Below are positions 24,314 to 39,107 of a stretch of DNA of 64,000 nucleotides, one piece after another. Position numbers and translations under genes: made by a program. How positions within the stretch are numbered: position 1 is the first letter of the stretch; each line of letters starts with the position of its first letter. The DNA is taken from the NCBI RefSeq assembly GCF_988242995.1, contig NZ_OZ547043.1. One strand, given 5' to 3'. Under the pieces are notes generated by a model that did not search any database, was not told the origin of the DNA, and worked only from the letters and a program-made list of their open reading frames with translations.

Positions 24314-26326
24314 ATGGCTATGTCAGACGAGGCGATGTTTGCCCCGCCGCAAGGAATAACAATTGAAGCGGTAAACGGAATGCTCGCGGAGCGGTTAGCA
24401 CAGAAACACGGCAAGGCGTCTTTATTACGCGCCTTCATCCCGCTGCCGCCGCCGTTCAGCCCGGTACAACTTATTGAACTGCATGTTCTCAAAAGCAACT
24501 TCTATTACCGCTACCATGATGATGGCAGCGATGTGACGGCAACAACAGAGTATCAGGGCGAGATGGTCGATTATTCGCGTCACGCCGTCCTTCTCGGCAG
24601 TAGTGGAATGGCGGAGCTACGCTTTATTCGTACCCACGGCAGTCGTTTTACTCCCCAGGATTGCACACTGTTTAACTGGCTGGCACACATAATCACTCCG
24701 GTTCTGCAATCATGGCTCAATGATGAAGAACAGCAGGTGGCGCTGCGTTTGCTGGAGAAAGATCGCGATCATCATCGGGTACTGGTGGATATCACTAATG
24801 CAGTATTGTCACATCTTGATCTCGACGATCTGATCGCTGACGTCGCTCGTGAGATCCATCATTTTTTCGGTCTGGCTTCAGTCAGTATGGTACTGGGCGA
24901 TCATCGAAAGAACGAGAAGTTCAGCCTGTGGTGCAGCGATCTTTCTGCCTCACATTGTGCGTGTCTGCCACGCTGTATGCCTGGCGAAAGTGTATTGCTG
25001 ACACAAACGCTACAAACCCGACAACCGACCTTGACGCACCGTGCAGACGATCTGTTTCTCTGGCAACGCGACCCGTTATTACACTTACTTGCATCTAACG
25101 GCTGCGAATCTGCGCTCCTTATACCGCTCACCTTTGGCAACCATACACCGGGCGCATTGTTGCTGGCGCATACCTCTTCCACTCTCTTTAGTGAGGAAAA
25201 CTGCCAGCTACTACAACATATTGCCGATCGCATCGTTATTGCCGTTGGCAATGCCGATGCCTGGCGCAGCATGACCGATTTGCAGGAAAGCTTGCAGCAA
25301 GAAAACCACCAGCTTAGCGAGCAGCTCCTTTCGAATCTGGGCGTCGGTGACATTATCTATCAAAGCCAGGCAATGGAAGATTTGCTCCAGCAGGTAGATA
25401 TTGTGGCGAAGAGCGACAGTACGGTGTTGATTTGTGGTGAAACCGGAACCGGCAAAGAGGTGATCGCCAGAGCGATCCATCAACTTAGCCCACGACGCGA
25501 CAAGCCACTGGTCAAAATCAACTGCGCTGCCATCCCCGCCAGTCTTCTGGAAAGTGAGTTATTCGGTCATGACAAAGGGGCATTTACTGGTGCGATTAAT
25601 ACCCATCGTGGTCGTTTTGAAATTGCCGATGGCGGCACGTTGTTTCTCGATGAAATTGGCGATCTGCCGTTAGAACTTCAGCCTAAACTGCTGCGCGTAT
25701 TGCAGGAACGGGAGATTGAGCGTCTCGGCGGGAGTAGAACGATCCCGGTAAATGTCAGAGTCATTGCCGCCACCAACCGTGATTTGTGGCAAATGGTTGA
25801 AGATCGCCAGTTTCGCAGCGATCTCTTTTATCGCCTGAATGTCTTCCCACTGGAACTGCCGCCACTGCGCGACCGTCCGGAAGATATCCCTCTTTTAGCA
25901 AAGCATTTCACGCAAAAAATGGCGCGCCATATGAATCGCGCAATTGACGCCATCCCGACCGAGGCGCTACGCCAGTTGATGTCGTGGGACTGGCCGGGCA
26001 ACGTGCGCGAGCTGGAAAACGTGATTGAGCGAGCGGTACTACTGACTCGCGGTAACAGTCTGAATTTACATCTTAATGTCCGACAAAGCCGTTTACTGCC
26101 GACGCTAAATGAAGATTCAGCGCTTCACAGTTCAATGGCGCAGTTGCTGCACCCGACGACGCCAGAGAATGACGAAGAAGAACGTCAGCGCATTGTTCAG
26201 GTATTGCGAGAAACCAATGGCATTGTTGCCGGGCCCCGTGGCGCGGCGACGCGATTAGGGATGAAGCGCACCACGCTGCTGTCACGAATGCAGCGGCTGG
26301 GGATCTCGGTTCGCGAGGTGTTGTAA
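24314..26326 (+). CDS. hyfR: Sigma54-dependent transcriptional activator of the hyf operon (FhlA-like; GAF + AAA+ + HTH)
   Basis: ORF 24311..26326; GETGTGKE Walker A, GAFTGA sigma54-interaction motif, C-terminal Fis-type HTH. Confidence 0.92.
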   Translation: MAMSDEAMFAPPQGITIEAVNGMLAERLAQKHGKASLLRAFIPLPPPFSPVQLIELHVLKSNFYYRYHDDGSDVTATTEYQGEMVDYSRHAVLLGSSGMAELRFIRTHGSRFTPQDCTLFNWLAHIITPVLQSWLNDEEQQVALRLLEKDRDHHRVLVDITNAVLSHLDLDDLIADVAREIHHFFGLASVSMVLGDHRKNEKFSLWCSDLSASHCACLPRCMPGESVLLTQTLQTRQPTLTHRADDLFLWQRDPLLHLLASNGCESALLIPLTFGNHTPGALLLAHTSSTLFSEENCQLLQHIADRIVIAVGNADAWRSMTDLQESLQQENHQLSEQLLSNLGVGDIIYQSQAMEDLLQQVDIVAKSDSTVLICGETGTGKEVIARAIHQLSPRRDKPLVKINCAAIPASLLESELFGHDKGAFTGAINTHRGRFEIADGGTLFLDEIGDLPLELQPKLLRVLQEREIERLGGSRTIPVNVRVIAATNRDLWQMVEDRQFRSDLFYRLNVFPLELPPLRDRPEDIPLLAKHFTQKMARHMNRAIDAIPTEALRQLMSWDWPGNVRELENVIERAVLLTRGNSLNLHLNVRQSRLLPTLNEDSALHSSMAQLLHPTTPENDEEERQRIVQVLRETNGIVAGPRGAATRLGMKRTTLLSRMQRLGISVREVL

Positions 26327-26347
26327 TCTGTTTTTGCAGGAGTATGC

Positions 26348-27196
26348 ATGAGAAACAAACTCTCTTTCGACTTGCAGTTGAGCGCCAGAAAAGCGGCAAT
26401 CGCTGAACGGATTGCCGCCCATAAAATTGCCCGCAGTAAAGTGTCGGTCTTTTTAATGGCGATGTCCGCAGGCGTGTTTATGGCGATCGGATTTACTTTT
26501 TACCTTACCGTTATCGCCGATGCCCCGTCTTCACAGGCATTAACCCATCTGGTGGGCGGCCTTTGCTTTACGCTCGGCTTTATTTTGCTGGCGGTTTGCG
26601 GCACCAGCCTGTTCACCTCGTCGGTAATGACGGTGATGGCAAAAAGTCGGGGCGTTATTAGCTGGCGAACATGGCTGATTAATGCACTTCTGGTGGCCTG
26701 CGGTAATCTGGCAGGTATTGCCTGTTTCAGTTTGTTAATCTGGTTTTCCGGGCTGGTGATGAGTGAAAACGCGATGTGGGGAGTCGCGGTTTTACACTGC
26801 GCCGAGGGCAAAATGCATCATACATTTACTGAATCAGTCAGCCTCGGCATTATGTGCAATCTGATGGTTTGCCTGGCGCTGTGGATGAGTTATTGCGGGC
26901 GTTCATTATGCGACAAAATCGTCGCCATGATTTTGCCCATCACGCTGTTTGTCGCCAGTGGCTTTGAGCACTGTATCGCCAATTTGTTTGTGATTCCGTT
27001 CGCCATTGCCATTCGCCATTTCGCCCCTACCTCCTTCTGGCAACTGGCGCACAGTAGCGCAGACCATTTTCCGGTACTGACGGTCAGCCATTTTATTACC
27101 GCCAATCTGCTCCCGGTGATGCTGGGTAATATTATCGGCGGTGCAGTGCTGGTGAGTATTTGTTATCGGGCTATTTATTTACGTCAGGAACCCTAA
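26348..27196 (+). CDS. focB: Formate channel FocB (FNT family)
   Basis: 282-aa membrane ORF recognised as FocB. Confidence 0.92.
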   Translation: MRNKLSFDLQLSARKAAIAERIAAHKIARSKVSVFLMAMSAGVFMAIGFTFYLTVIADAPSSQALTHLVGGLCFTLGFILLAVCGTSLFTSSVMTVMAKSRGVISWRTWLINALLVACGNLAGIACFSLLIWFSGLVMSENAMWGVAVLHCAEGKMHHTFTESVSLGIMCNLMVCLALWMSYCGRSLCDKIVAMILPITLFVASGFEHCIANLFVIPFAIAIRHFAPTSFWQLAHSSADHFPVLTVSHFITANLLPVMLGNIIGGAVLVSICYRAIYLRQEP

Positions 27197-27232
27197 AAAT
27201 CAGCCCGGCGAAAAAGTTCGTCGGGCTGAAGA

Positions 27233-28294
27233 TTATTCTTGCGCGATTTGCCCATCGGGCCAGGCGTGAATCACGGCTTTGATCAGCGTCGCCAATGGAA
27301 TGGCGAAGAATACGCCCCAGAATCCCCACAAACCACCGAAGATCACCACCGATAAAATAATCACCAGCGGATGCAGGTTAACCGCTTCGGAGAACAACAC
27401 CGGCACTAGCAGGTTGCCGTCCAGCGCCTGAATAATCAGATACACCGCGAAGCAGCTCCAGAATTCCGTGCCAGCACCAAACTGGAATAGCGCCACGCCA
27501 ATCACCGGAATGGTCACCACAAATGCGCCAATGTACGGAATAAGAACCGAGAAGCCGACCAGCACCGCCAGCAGCAGCGAATAGTTCAGCCCGAAGAGTA
27601 AGAACCCCAGCCATGTGGCGATCCCCACCACGATCATCTCCAGCACTTTGCCGCGGATATAGTTGGTGATTTGTTGATTCATCTCCTTCCACACCTGTCC
27701 TGCCAGTCCACGGTTACGTGGCAGAACCCGGCGAACGGCGCTCAGCATCTGCTCTTTGTCTTTCAGCAGGAAGAAGACCATCAATGGTACCAGCACCAGA
27801 TAGACGGCAATGGTCAGCAAACCGACCAGCGAGGCGAGGGAAATTTTCACCACCGAATCGCCCATGGTCAGCATCCGACTGCGCATATTTTCGGCCATTG
27901 CATCAATAATGCCCGCATCCATCAACGCCGGATAGCGGCGCGGCAACGTGGCGGCAAAGTCAGAAAGCTTATTGAGCATCCCCGGCATATCGCGAATTAA
28001 GTAGATGCCCTGCTGCCAGGCGATAGGCAATACCACGAACGCCATCAGTAGCAATATACCGACGAAAACCACCAATACAATCGACGTCGCCCAGCGGCGG
28101 GAGCAGCCAATAGATTGCAGGCGCACGGTTGGCCATTCCAGCAAATAGGCCAGCACAATAGCCACCAGCAACGGAGCAAGCAGGCCACTAAAGAAAAAGA
28201 TAATGCCAAATCCGGCAACTAAAATAACCAGCAAGGCAATCGCTTCCGGGTCGCTAAAACGGCGGCGATACCATTGCATCAACATTTCGAGCAT
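27233..28294 (-). CDS. perM: AI-2E/PerM-family permease YfgO
   Basis: 353-aa polytopic membrane ORF. Confidence 0.9.
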   Translation of the reverse strand: MLEMLMQWYRRRFSDPEAIALLVILVAGFGIIFFFSGLLAPLLVAIVLAYLLEWPTVRLQSIGCSRRWATSIVLVVFVGILLLMAFVVLPIAWQQGIYLIRDMPGMLNKLSDFAATLPRRYPALMDAGIIDAMAENMRSRMLTMGDSVVKISLASLVGLLTIAVYLVLVPLMVFFLLKDKEQMLSAVRRVLPRNRGLAGQVWKEMNQQITNYIRGKVLEMIVVGIATWLGFLLFGLNYSLLLAVLVGFSVLIPYIGAFVVTIPVIGVALFQFGAGTEFWSCFAVYLIIQALDGNLLVPVLFSEAVNLHPLVIILSVVIFGGLWGFWGVFFAIPLATLIKAVIHAWPDGQIAQE

Positions 28295-28506
28295 AAAGAC
28301 CTTCCCTGAACCTCAAGAGCGGGATTGCGATCCGCAATTGTATCGAAATGTCACAAAAAAGACTTCGCTTTTTATGACGGATTCAGGAAACTGAAAAGTC
28401 ATTTGAGTGGGCTAATCTTCGCCGTTACACTCAAAGGCGGCGCGGTGGGAACGATATTTCACAGTATCGGTCAAATGACTATCTTCAGAAATACAGGATA
28501 GAGGTT

Positions 28507-29970
28507 ATGTTCAGGCAGTTGAAAAAAAACCTGGTTGCAACCCTCATTGCTGCTATGACCATTGGTCAGGTAGCCCCGGCGTTTGCCGACAGCGCAGACA
28601 CCTTGCCGGATATGGGAACCTCCGCAGGAAGCACGCTTTCCATTGGTCAGGAAATGCAGATGGGCGACTATTATGTCCGCCAGTTACGCGGCAGCGCGCC
28701 GTTAATTAATGACCCGCTGTTAACGCAATATATTAATTCGCTGGGGATGCGTCTGGTTTCGCATGCCAATTCGGTTAAGACACCGTTTCATTTCTTTCTG
28801 ATCAACAACGACGAAATTAACGCCTTTGCTTTCTTTGGCGGCAACGTGGTGCTGCACTCTGCCCTGTTCCGTTATTCCGATAACGAAAGTCAACTGGCTT
28901 CAGTTATGGCGCACGAAATCTCCCACGTCACCCAACGTCACCTGGCGCGAGCGATGGAAGATCAGCAGCGCAGCGCGCCGCTGACCTGGGTCGGCGCGTT
29001 AGGTTCTATTTTACTGGCGATGGCCAGTCCGCAGGCGGGGATGGCTGCGCTGACCGGTACACTGGCGGGAACGCGCCAGGGGATGATCAGCTTCACCCAG
29101 CAAAATGAACAGGAAGCGGATCGCATTGGTATTCAGGTGCTGCAACGCTCAGGATTCGATCCGCAGGCGATGCCGACCTTCCTCGAAAAATTGCTCGATC
29201 AGGCGCGTTACTCCTCGCGTCCGCCGGAAATTTTATTGACTCACCCATTGCCGGAAAGTCGTCTGGCAGATGCCCGCAACCGTGCTAATCAGATGCGCCC
29301 GATGGTGGTGCAGTCGTCGGAAGATTTCTATCTGGCGAAAGCGCGCACACTGGGGATGTATAATTCCGGACGTAACCAGCTCACCAGTGATTTGCTGGAT
29401 GAATGGGCGAAAGGAAACGTTCGTCAGCAACGAGCGGCGCAATATGGTCGTGCTTTACAGGCGATGGAAGCCAATAAATACGACGAGGCGCGTAAAACGC
29501 TGCAACCGTTACTGGCGGCAGAACCTGGCAACGCATGGTATCTCGATCTGGCTACCGATATCGATCTTGGGCAAAACAAAGCCAATGAGGCGATCAATCG
29601 TCTGAAAAATGCCCGCGATTTACGCACCAATCCGGTGTTGCAGCTCAACCTGGCGAACGCTTATCTGCAAGGCGGTCAACCACAAGAAGCGGCCAATATT
29701 CTGAATCGCTACACCTTTAATAATAAAGATGACAGCAACGGCTGGGATTTACTGGCACAGGCGGAAGCCGCGCTAAATAACCGCGATCAGGAACTGGCTG
29801 CGCGAGCAGAAGGTTATGCGCTCGCCGGACGACTCGATCAGGCCATTTCGCTGTTGAGTAGCGCCAGTTCGCAGGTGAAATTAGGCAGCCTGCAACAAGC
29901 GCGTTACGATGCGCGCATCGACCAGTTGCGCCAGCTGCAGGAACGCTTTAAGCCTTATACCAAGATGTAA
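28507..29970 (+). CDS. bepA: Beta-barrel assembly-enhancing protease BepA (YfgC), M48 peptidase with TPR domain
   Basis: 487-aa ORF with signal peptide and HEISH zinc motif. Confidence 0.93.
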
Positions 29971-29990
29971 TTCGCATTAAAGGAAGAACA

Positions 29991-30350
29991 ATGACCAAAC
30001 AGGTAAAAATCTACCATAACCCACGCTGTTCAAAGAGCCGGGAAACGCTGAATCTGCTGAAAGAAAACGGCGTGGAGCCAGAAGTGGTGCTCTACCTTGA
30101 GACACCCGCCGATGCGGCAACGCTGCGTGATTTGCTGAAAATGCTGGGGATGAATAGCGCCCGTGAATTGATGCGCCAGAAAGAGGATCTTTATAAAGAA
30201 CTGAACCTGGCTGACAGTTCGCTTAGCGAAGAGGCGCTGATTCAGGCAATGGTGGATAATCCGAAGCTAATGGAGCGCCCGATTGTGGTCGCGGATGGCA
30301 AAGCGCGGATTGGTCGTCCACCGGAGCAGGTGCTGGAAATCGTGGGTTAA
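29991..30350 (+). CDS. yfgD: ArsC-family protein YfgD
   Basis: 119-aa ORF, MTKQVKIYHNPRCSKSR. Confidence 0.92.
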   Translation: MTKQVKIYHNPRCSKSRETLNLLKENGVEPEVVLYLETPADAATLRDLLKMLGMNSARELMRQKEDLYKELNLADSSLSEEALIQAMVDNPKLMERPIVVADGKARIGRPPEQVLEIVG

Positions 30351-30379
30351 GAAGTGCTCCATCGCTAGTTGAAGCACAT

Positions 30380-30472
30380 TGCCGGATGCGACGCTTGCCG
30401 CGTCTTATCCGGCCTACGAATACTATGGATTAACTTCGCGTAGTTCGGATAAGGCGTTCGCGCCGCATCCGA
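30380..30472. repeat. REP/BIME extragenic palindromic repeats
   Basis: gccggatgcgacgcttgccgcgtcttatccggcctac and cggataaggcgttcgcgccgcatccg. Confidence 0.8.
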
Positions 30473-30487
30473 CAATAAACACCTTAT

Positions 30488-31189
30488 CTACAACTTCAGA
30501 ATTTCTTTCACAAACGGAATGGTCAGCTTACGTTGCGCGGTAATCGACGCACGATCCAACTGATCCAACGTCATAAATAACGTGCGCATTTCTCTGTCGA
30601 GCCGCTTCAGCAAGAAACGCCCCACATCTTCCGGCAGTTCAAAACCACGCAAACGCGCGCGTAACTGTAGCGCCTGCAACTTATCTTCATCAGAAAGTGG
30701 CTGCAATTTGTAGATCTGCCCCCAGTCGAGACGCGACGCGAGATCCGGTAATCCAAGATTCAACTGCCGCGGTGGACGATCGCCGGTGATTAACAACCGT
30801 GTTTTGCCCGATTCCAGAATTCGATTGTAGAGATCGAAAATCGCCATCTCCCACAACTCATCGCCTGCAATACACTCAATGTTGTCGATACAGACCAGCG
30901 ACAAATGCTCCATACCGTCGAGCACTTCCGGAACAAACCAGGTGCGTTTATCCAGCGGGACATAGCCCACCGCATCGCCACGCTGCGACAATTCCGCGCA
31001 AGCCGCGTGCAACAGATGGCTGCGCCCCGCGCCTTCGCGTGCCCAGAGATAGATGTAACCGCTATGTTCCTGACGCAGCACGTTTTGCAGCGCGGCCAGT
31101 AAAGAGGAGTTATCCCCCGGCCAGAAACTTGCAAAGGTTTCGTCGTCAGGAAGATAAAGTGGCAAAGAGAGCTGTGCCGGTGTGTTCAG
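30488..31189 (-). CDS. hda: DnaA regulatory inactivator Hda; start placed at internal CTG
   Basis: ORF 30488..31234 begins at GTG; Hda N-terminus (L)[18 protein letters not shown] maps to the CTG codon at 31189..31187, consistent with Hda being reported to initiate at CUG (233 aa). Confidence 0.85.
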
Positions 31190-31283
31190 AGATACCTCAA
31201 CCAGGATTTCACAAAATCGCGAGAAGTTTACCACAGAATCCCATGATGTTTGAACCGGGCAGCAACACTGCCCGGTCGGTACA

Positions 31284-32573
31284 TTATTTGTCTGTTATAT
31301 CCGCGTCTTCTGCGTCCAGCACCACTTCTTCAGGGCGCAGCACACTAATCAGTTTGAAGATCAAACTTAAGCCGATACCGACGATGGTCGCCAGCGCCAT
31401 ACCTTTCAGCTCCGCCGCGCCGATGTTTACCTTCGCGCCACTGACACCGATGATCAAAATCACGGAAGTCAGGATCAGGTTCTGTGCTTTGTTGTAATCC
31501 ACTTTCGATTCGATCAAAACACGAATACCGGAAGCACCGATGACACCATAAAGCAGCAGCGAAACGCCGCCCATCACCGGCAATGGGATCATCTGGATAG
31601 CAGCAGCCAGTTTACCGACGCAGGAAAGCAGGATAGCGAAAATCGCTGCCCCGCCGATAACCCAGGTACTGTAAACACGGGTGATCGCCATCACGCCAAT
31701 GTTTTCCCCGTAGGTGGTATTTGGCGTGGAACCAAAGAAGCCGGAGATCACGGTCGACAAGCCGTTAGCAAACATCGAACGGTGCAGACCTGGATCGCGC
31801 AGCAGATCTTTTTTGACGATATTAGCCGTTACCACCAGGTGCCCTACGTGTTCGGCAATAACCACTAACGCCGCTGGCAGAATAGTCAGAATGGCAAACC
31901 ACTCGAAGCGCGGCGTATAGAGAGTTGGCAGCGCAAACCAGTGAGCATTAATAATCGGCGTGGTATCGACAATTCCCATTGCGAAAGAGAGCGCGTAGCC
32001 CACCAGCACGCCAATTAAAATCGGGATAATTGCCAGGAAACCACGAAACAGCACGGAACCTAAAACCGTAACCGCCAGCGTGGTAATGGAGATGATGATG
32101 GTTTTGGAGTCTGGAGTTTGCCCTTCAGCCGGGAGTAAACCTGCCATACCGGCAGCTACGCCCGCCAGCTCCAGACCGATGACGGCAACGATTGCGCCCA
32201 TTGCCGCAGGTGGAAACAGCACGTCCAGCCAGCCGGTCCCCGCTTTCTTCACGATAAAAGAAACCAGGCAGAACAGCACGCCGCAGATAATAAAGCCGCC
32301 CAGCGCGACTTCATACCCTAACGGCAACAGTAACAATACCGGTGAAATAAAGGCAAAGCTGGAACCAAGATAAGCCGGGATTTTCCCTTTACAGATGAAG
32401 AGATACAGCAGCGTTCCTATACCGTTAAATAACAGTACAGTCGCCGGGTTAATATGAAATAAGACGGGCACCAGGACGGTTGCACCAAACATGGCGAACA
32501 AATGTTGCAAACTAAGCGGGATTGTCTGTAAAAGTGGCGGTCTTTCACTCACCCCGATAGCACGGCGCGTCAT
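31284..32573 (-). CDS. uraA: Uracil permease (NCS2 family)
   Basis: ORF 31284..32615; start at [14 protein letters not shown] (429 aa). Confidence 0.93.
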   Translation of the reverse strand: MTRRAIGVSERPPLLQTIPLSLQHLFAMFGATVLVPVLFHINPATVLLFNGIGTLLYLFICKGKIPAYLGSSFAFISPVLLLLPLGYEVALGGFIICGVLFCLVSFIVKKAGTGWLDVLFPPAAMGAIVAVIGLELAGVAAGMAGLLPAEGQTPDSKTIIISITTLAVTVLGSVLFRGFLAIIPILIGVLVGYALSFAMGIVDTTPIINAHWFALPTLYTPRFEWFAILTILPAALVVIAEHVGHLVVTANIVKKDLLRDPGLHRSMFANGLSTVISGFFGSTPNTTYGENIGVMAITRVYSTWVIGGAAIFAILLSCVGKLAAAIQMIPLPVMGGVSLLLYGVIGASGIRVLIESKVDYNKAQNLILTSVILIIGVSGAKVNIGAAELKGMALATIVGIGLSLIFKLISVLRPEEVVLDAEDADITDK

Positions 32574-32658
32574 AGTATTATCCTCTGTATTATGTGTTAT
32601 AGGCGCTTTACTCAAAAAAAAGCCGACTCTTAAAGTCGGCTTTAATTATTTTTATTCT

Positions 32659-33285
32659 TTATTTCGTACCAAAGATTTTGTCACCGGCATCGCCGAGGCC
32701 CGGAATAATGTATCCGTGCTCGTTCAGTCCCTGGTCAATCGATGCAGTATACAGTTCGACGTCCGGGTGCGCTTTTTCCAGCGCTGCGATACCTTCTGGC
32801 GCAGCTACCAGCACCAGAACTTTGATGCTGCTGCAGCCCGCTTTTTTCAGCAGGTCGATGGTCGCGATAACGGAACCACCGGTTGCCAGCATTGGGTCAA
32901 CGATCAGCGCCATACGCTCATCGATGTTAGAAACCAGTTTCTGGAAGTACGGTACCGGCTCCAGCGTTTCTTCATTACGGTACATACCGACGACGCTGAT
33001 GCGCGCGCTCGGAACGTTTTCCAGCACACCGTCCATCATCCCCAGACCCGCACGCAGAATTGGCACAACGGTAATTTTCTTACCTTTGATCTGATCGATT
33101 TCTACCGGGCCGTTCCAGCCTTCGATAGTTACTTTTTCCGTTTCGAGGTCGGCGGTCGCTTCGTAAGTCAGCAGGCTACCCACTTCGGAAGCGAGTTCGC
33201 GAAAGCGCTTGGTGCTGATATCTTGCTCACGCATCAGTCCCAGCTTGTGTTTGACGAGTGGGTGTTTGACTTCCACGATCTTCAT
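32659..33285 (-). CDS. upp: Uracil phosphoribosyltransferase
   Basis: ORF 32659..33312; start at [14 protein letters not shown] (208 aa). Confidence 0.95.
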
Positions 33286-33529
33286 ACTCTTTCTCCTTTG
33301 AGGGGCAGCCACAAAAAAAATCGACGGATTATACCTCCTTTCTTCAAGGCGGCAATATTATTTTCGTTGACTTTAGTCAAAATGATAACGGTTTGAGATA
33401 AAGTTATTTTGTATTCAGATGGTTATGGAAGAAGATTATTCCATCCGAAAACGATCCTTTGCCCTGGTACAAGTATTCTTTCGCCGCGCGCCTGGGGAAA
33501 AGACGTGCAAAAAGGTTGTGTAAAGCAGT

Positions 33530-33547
33530 CTCGCAAACGTTTGCTTT
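33530..33547. promoter_or_regulatory. PurR operator (PUR box) of purMN
   Basis: tcgcaaacgtttgcttt, near-perfect PUR box ~65 nt upstream of purM start. Confidence 0.8.
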
Positions 33548-33591
33548 CCCTGTTAGAATTGCGCCGAATTTTATTTTTCTACCGCAAGTAA

Positions 33592-34646
<1,055 letters not shown>

Positions 34647-34647
<1 letters not shown>

Positions 34648-35285
34648 TGAATATTGTGGTGCTTATTTCCGGCAACGGAAGTAATTTGCAGGCAATTATT
34701 GACGCCTGCAAAACCAACAAAATTAAAGGCACCGTACGGGCAGTTTTCAGCAATAAGGCCGACGCGTTCGGCCTTGAACGCGCCCGCCAGGCGGGTATTG
34801 CAACGCATACGCTCATCGCCAGCGCGTTTGACAGTCGTGAAGCCTATGACCGGGAGTTGATTCATGAAATCGACATGTACGCACCCGATGTGGTCGTGCT
34901 GGCTGGTTTTATGCGCATTCTCAGCCCGGCGTTTGTCTCCCACTATGCCGGGCGTTTGCTGAACATTCACCCTTCTCTGCTGCCGAAATATCCCGGATTA
35001 CACACCCATCGTCAGGCGCTGGAAAATGGCGATGAGGAGCACGGTACATCGGTGCATTTCGTCACCGATGAACTGGACGGTGGCCCGGTTATTTTACAGG
35101 CGAAAGTCCCGGTATTTGCTGGTGATACGGAAGATGACATCACCGCCCGCGTGCAAACCCAGGAACACGCTATTTATCCACTGGTGATTAGCTGGTTTGC
35201 CGATGGTCGTCTGAAAATGCACGAAAACGCCGCGTGGCTGGATGGTCAACGTCTGCCGCCGCAGGGCTACGCTGCCGACGAGTAA
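34647..35285 (+). CDS. purN: GAR transformylase
   Basis: 212-aa ORF; start overlaps purM stop (TAATG). Confidence 0.95.
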
Positions 35286-35456
35286 TGCCCCCGTAGTTAA
35301 AGCGCCAGCTCTGCCGCTGGCGTTTTTCAATTCACCTGTAAATCGCAAGCTCCAGCAGTTTTTTTCCCCCTTTTCTGGCATAGTTGGACATCTGCCAATA
35401 TTGCTCGCCATAATATCCAGGCAGTGTCCCGTGAATAAAACGGAGTAAAAGTGGTA

Positions 35457-39069
<3,613 letters not shown>

Positions 39070-39107
39070 TGCTTTGCGGGCCGACGAGAAATGTCGGCCC
39101 GCATTAT

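Noticed and set aside
32491-33396. 301-aa plus-strand ORF antisense to upp and the uraA 5' end
   Set aside because: Antisense to two conserved genes; no recognisable domain.
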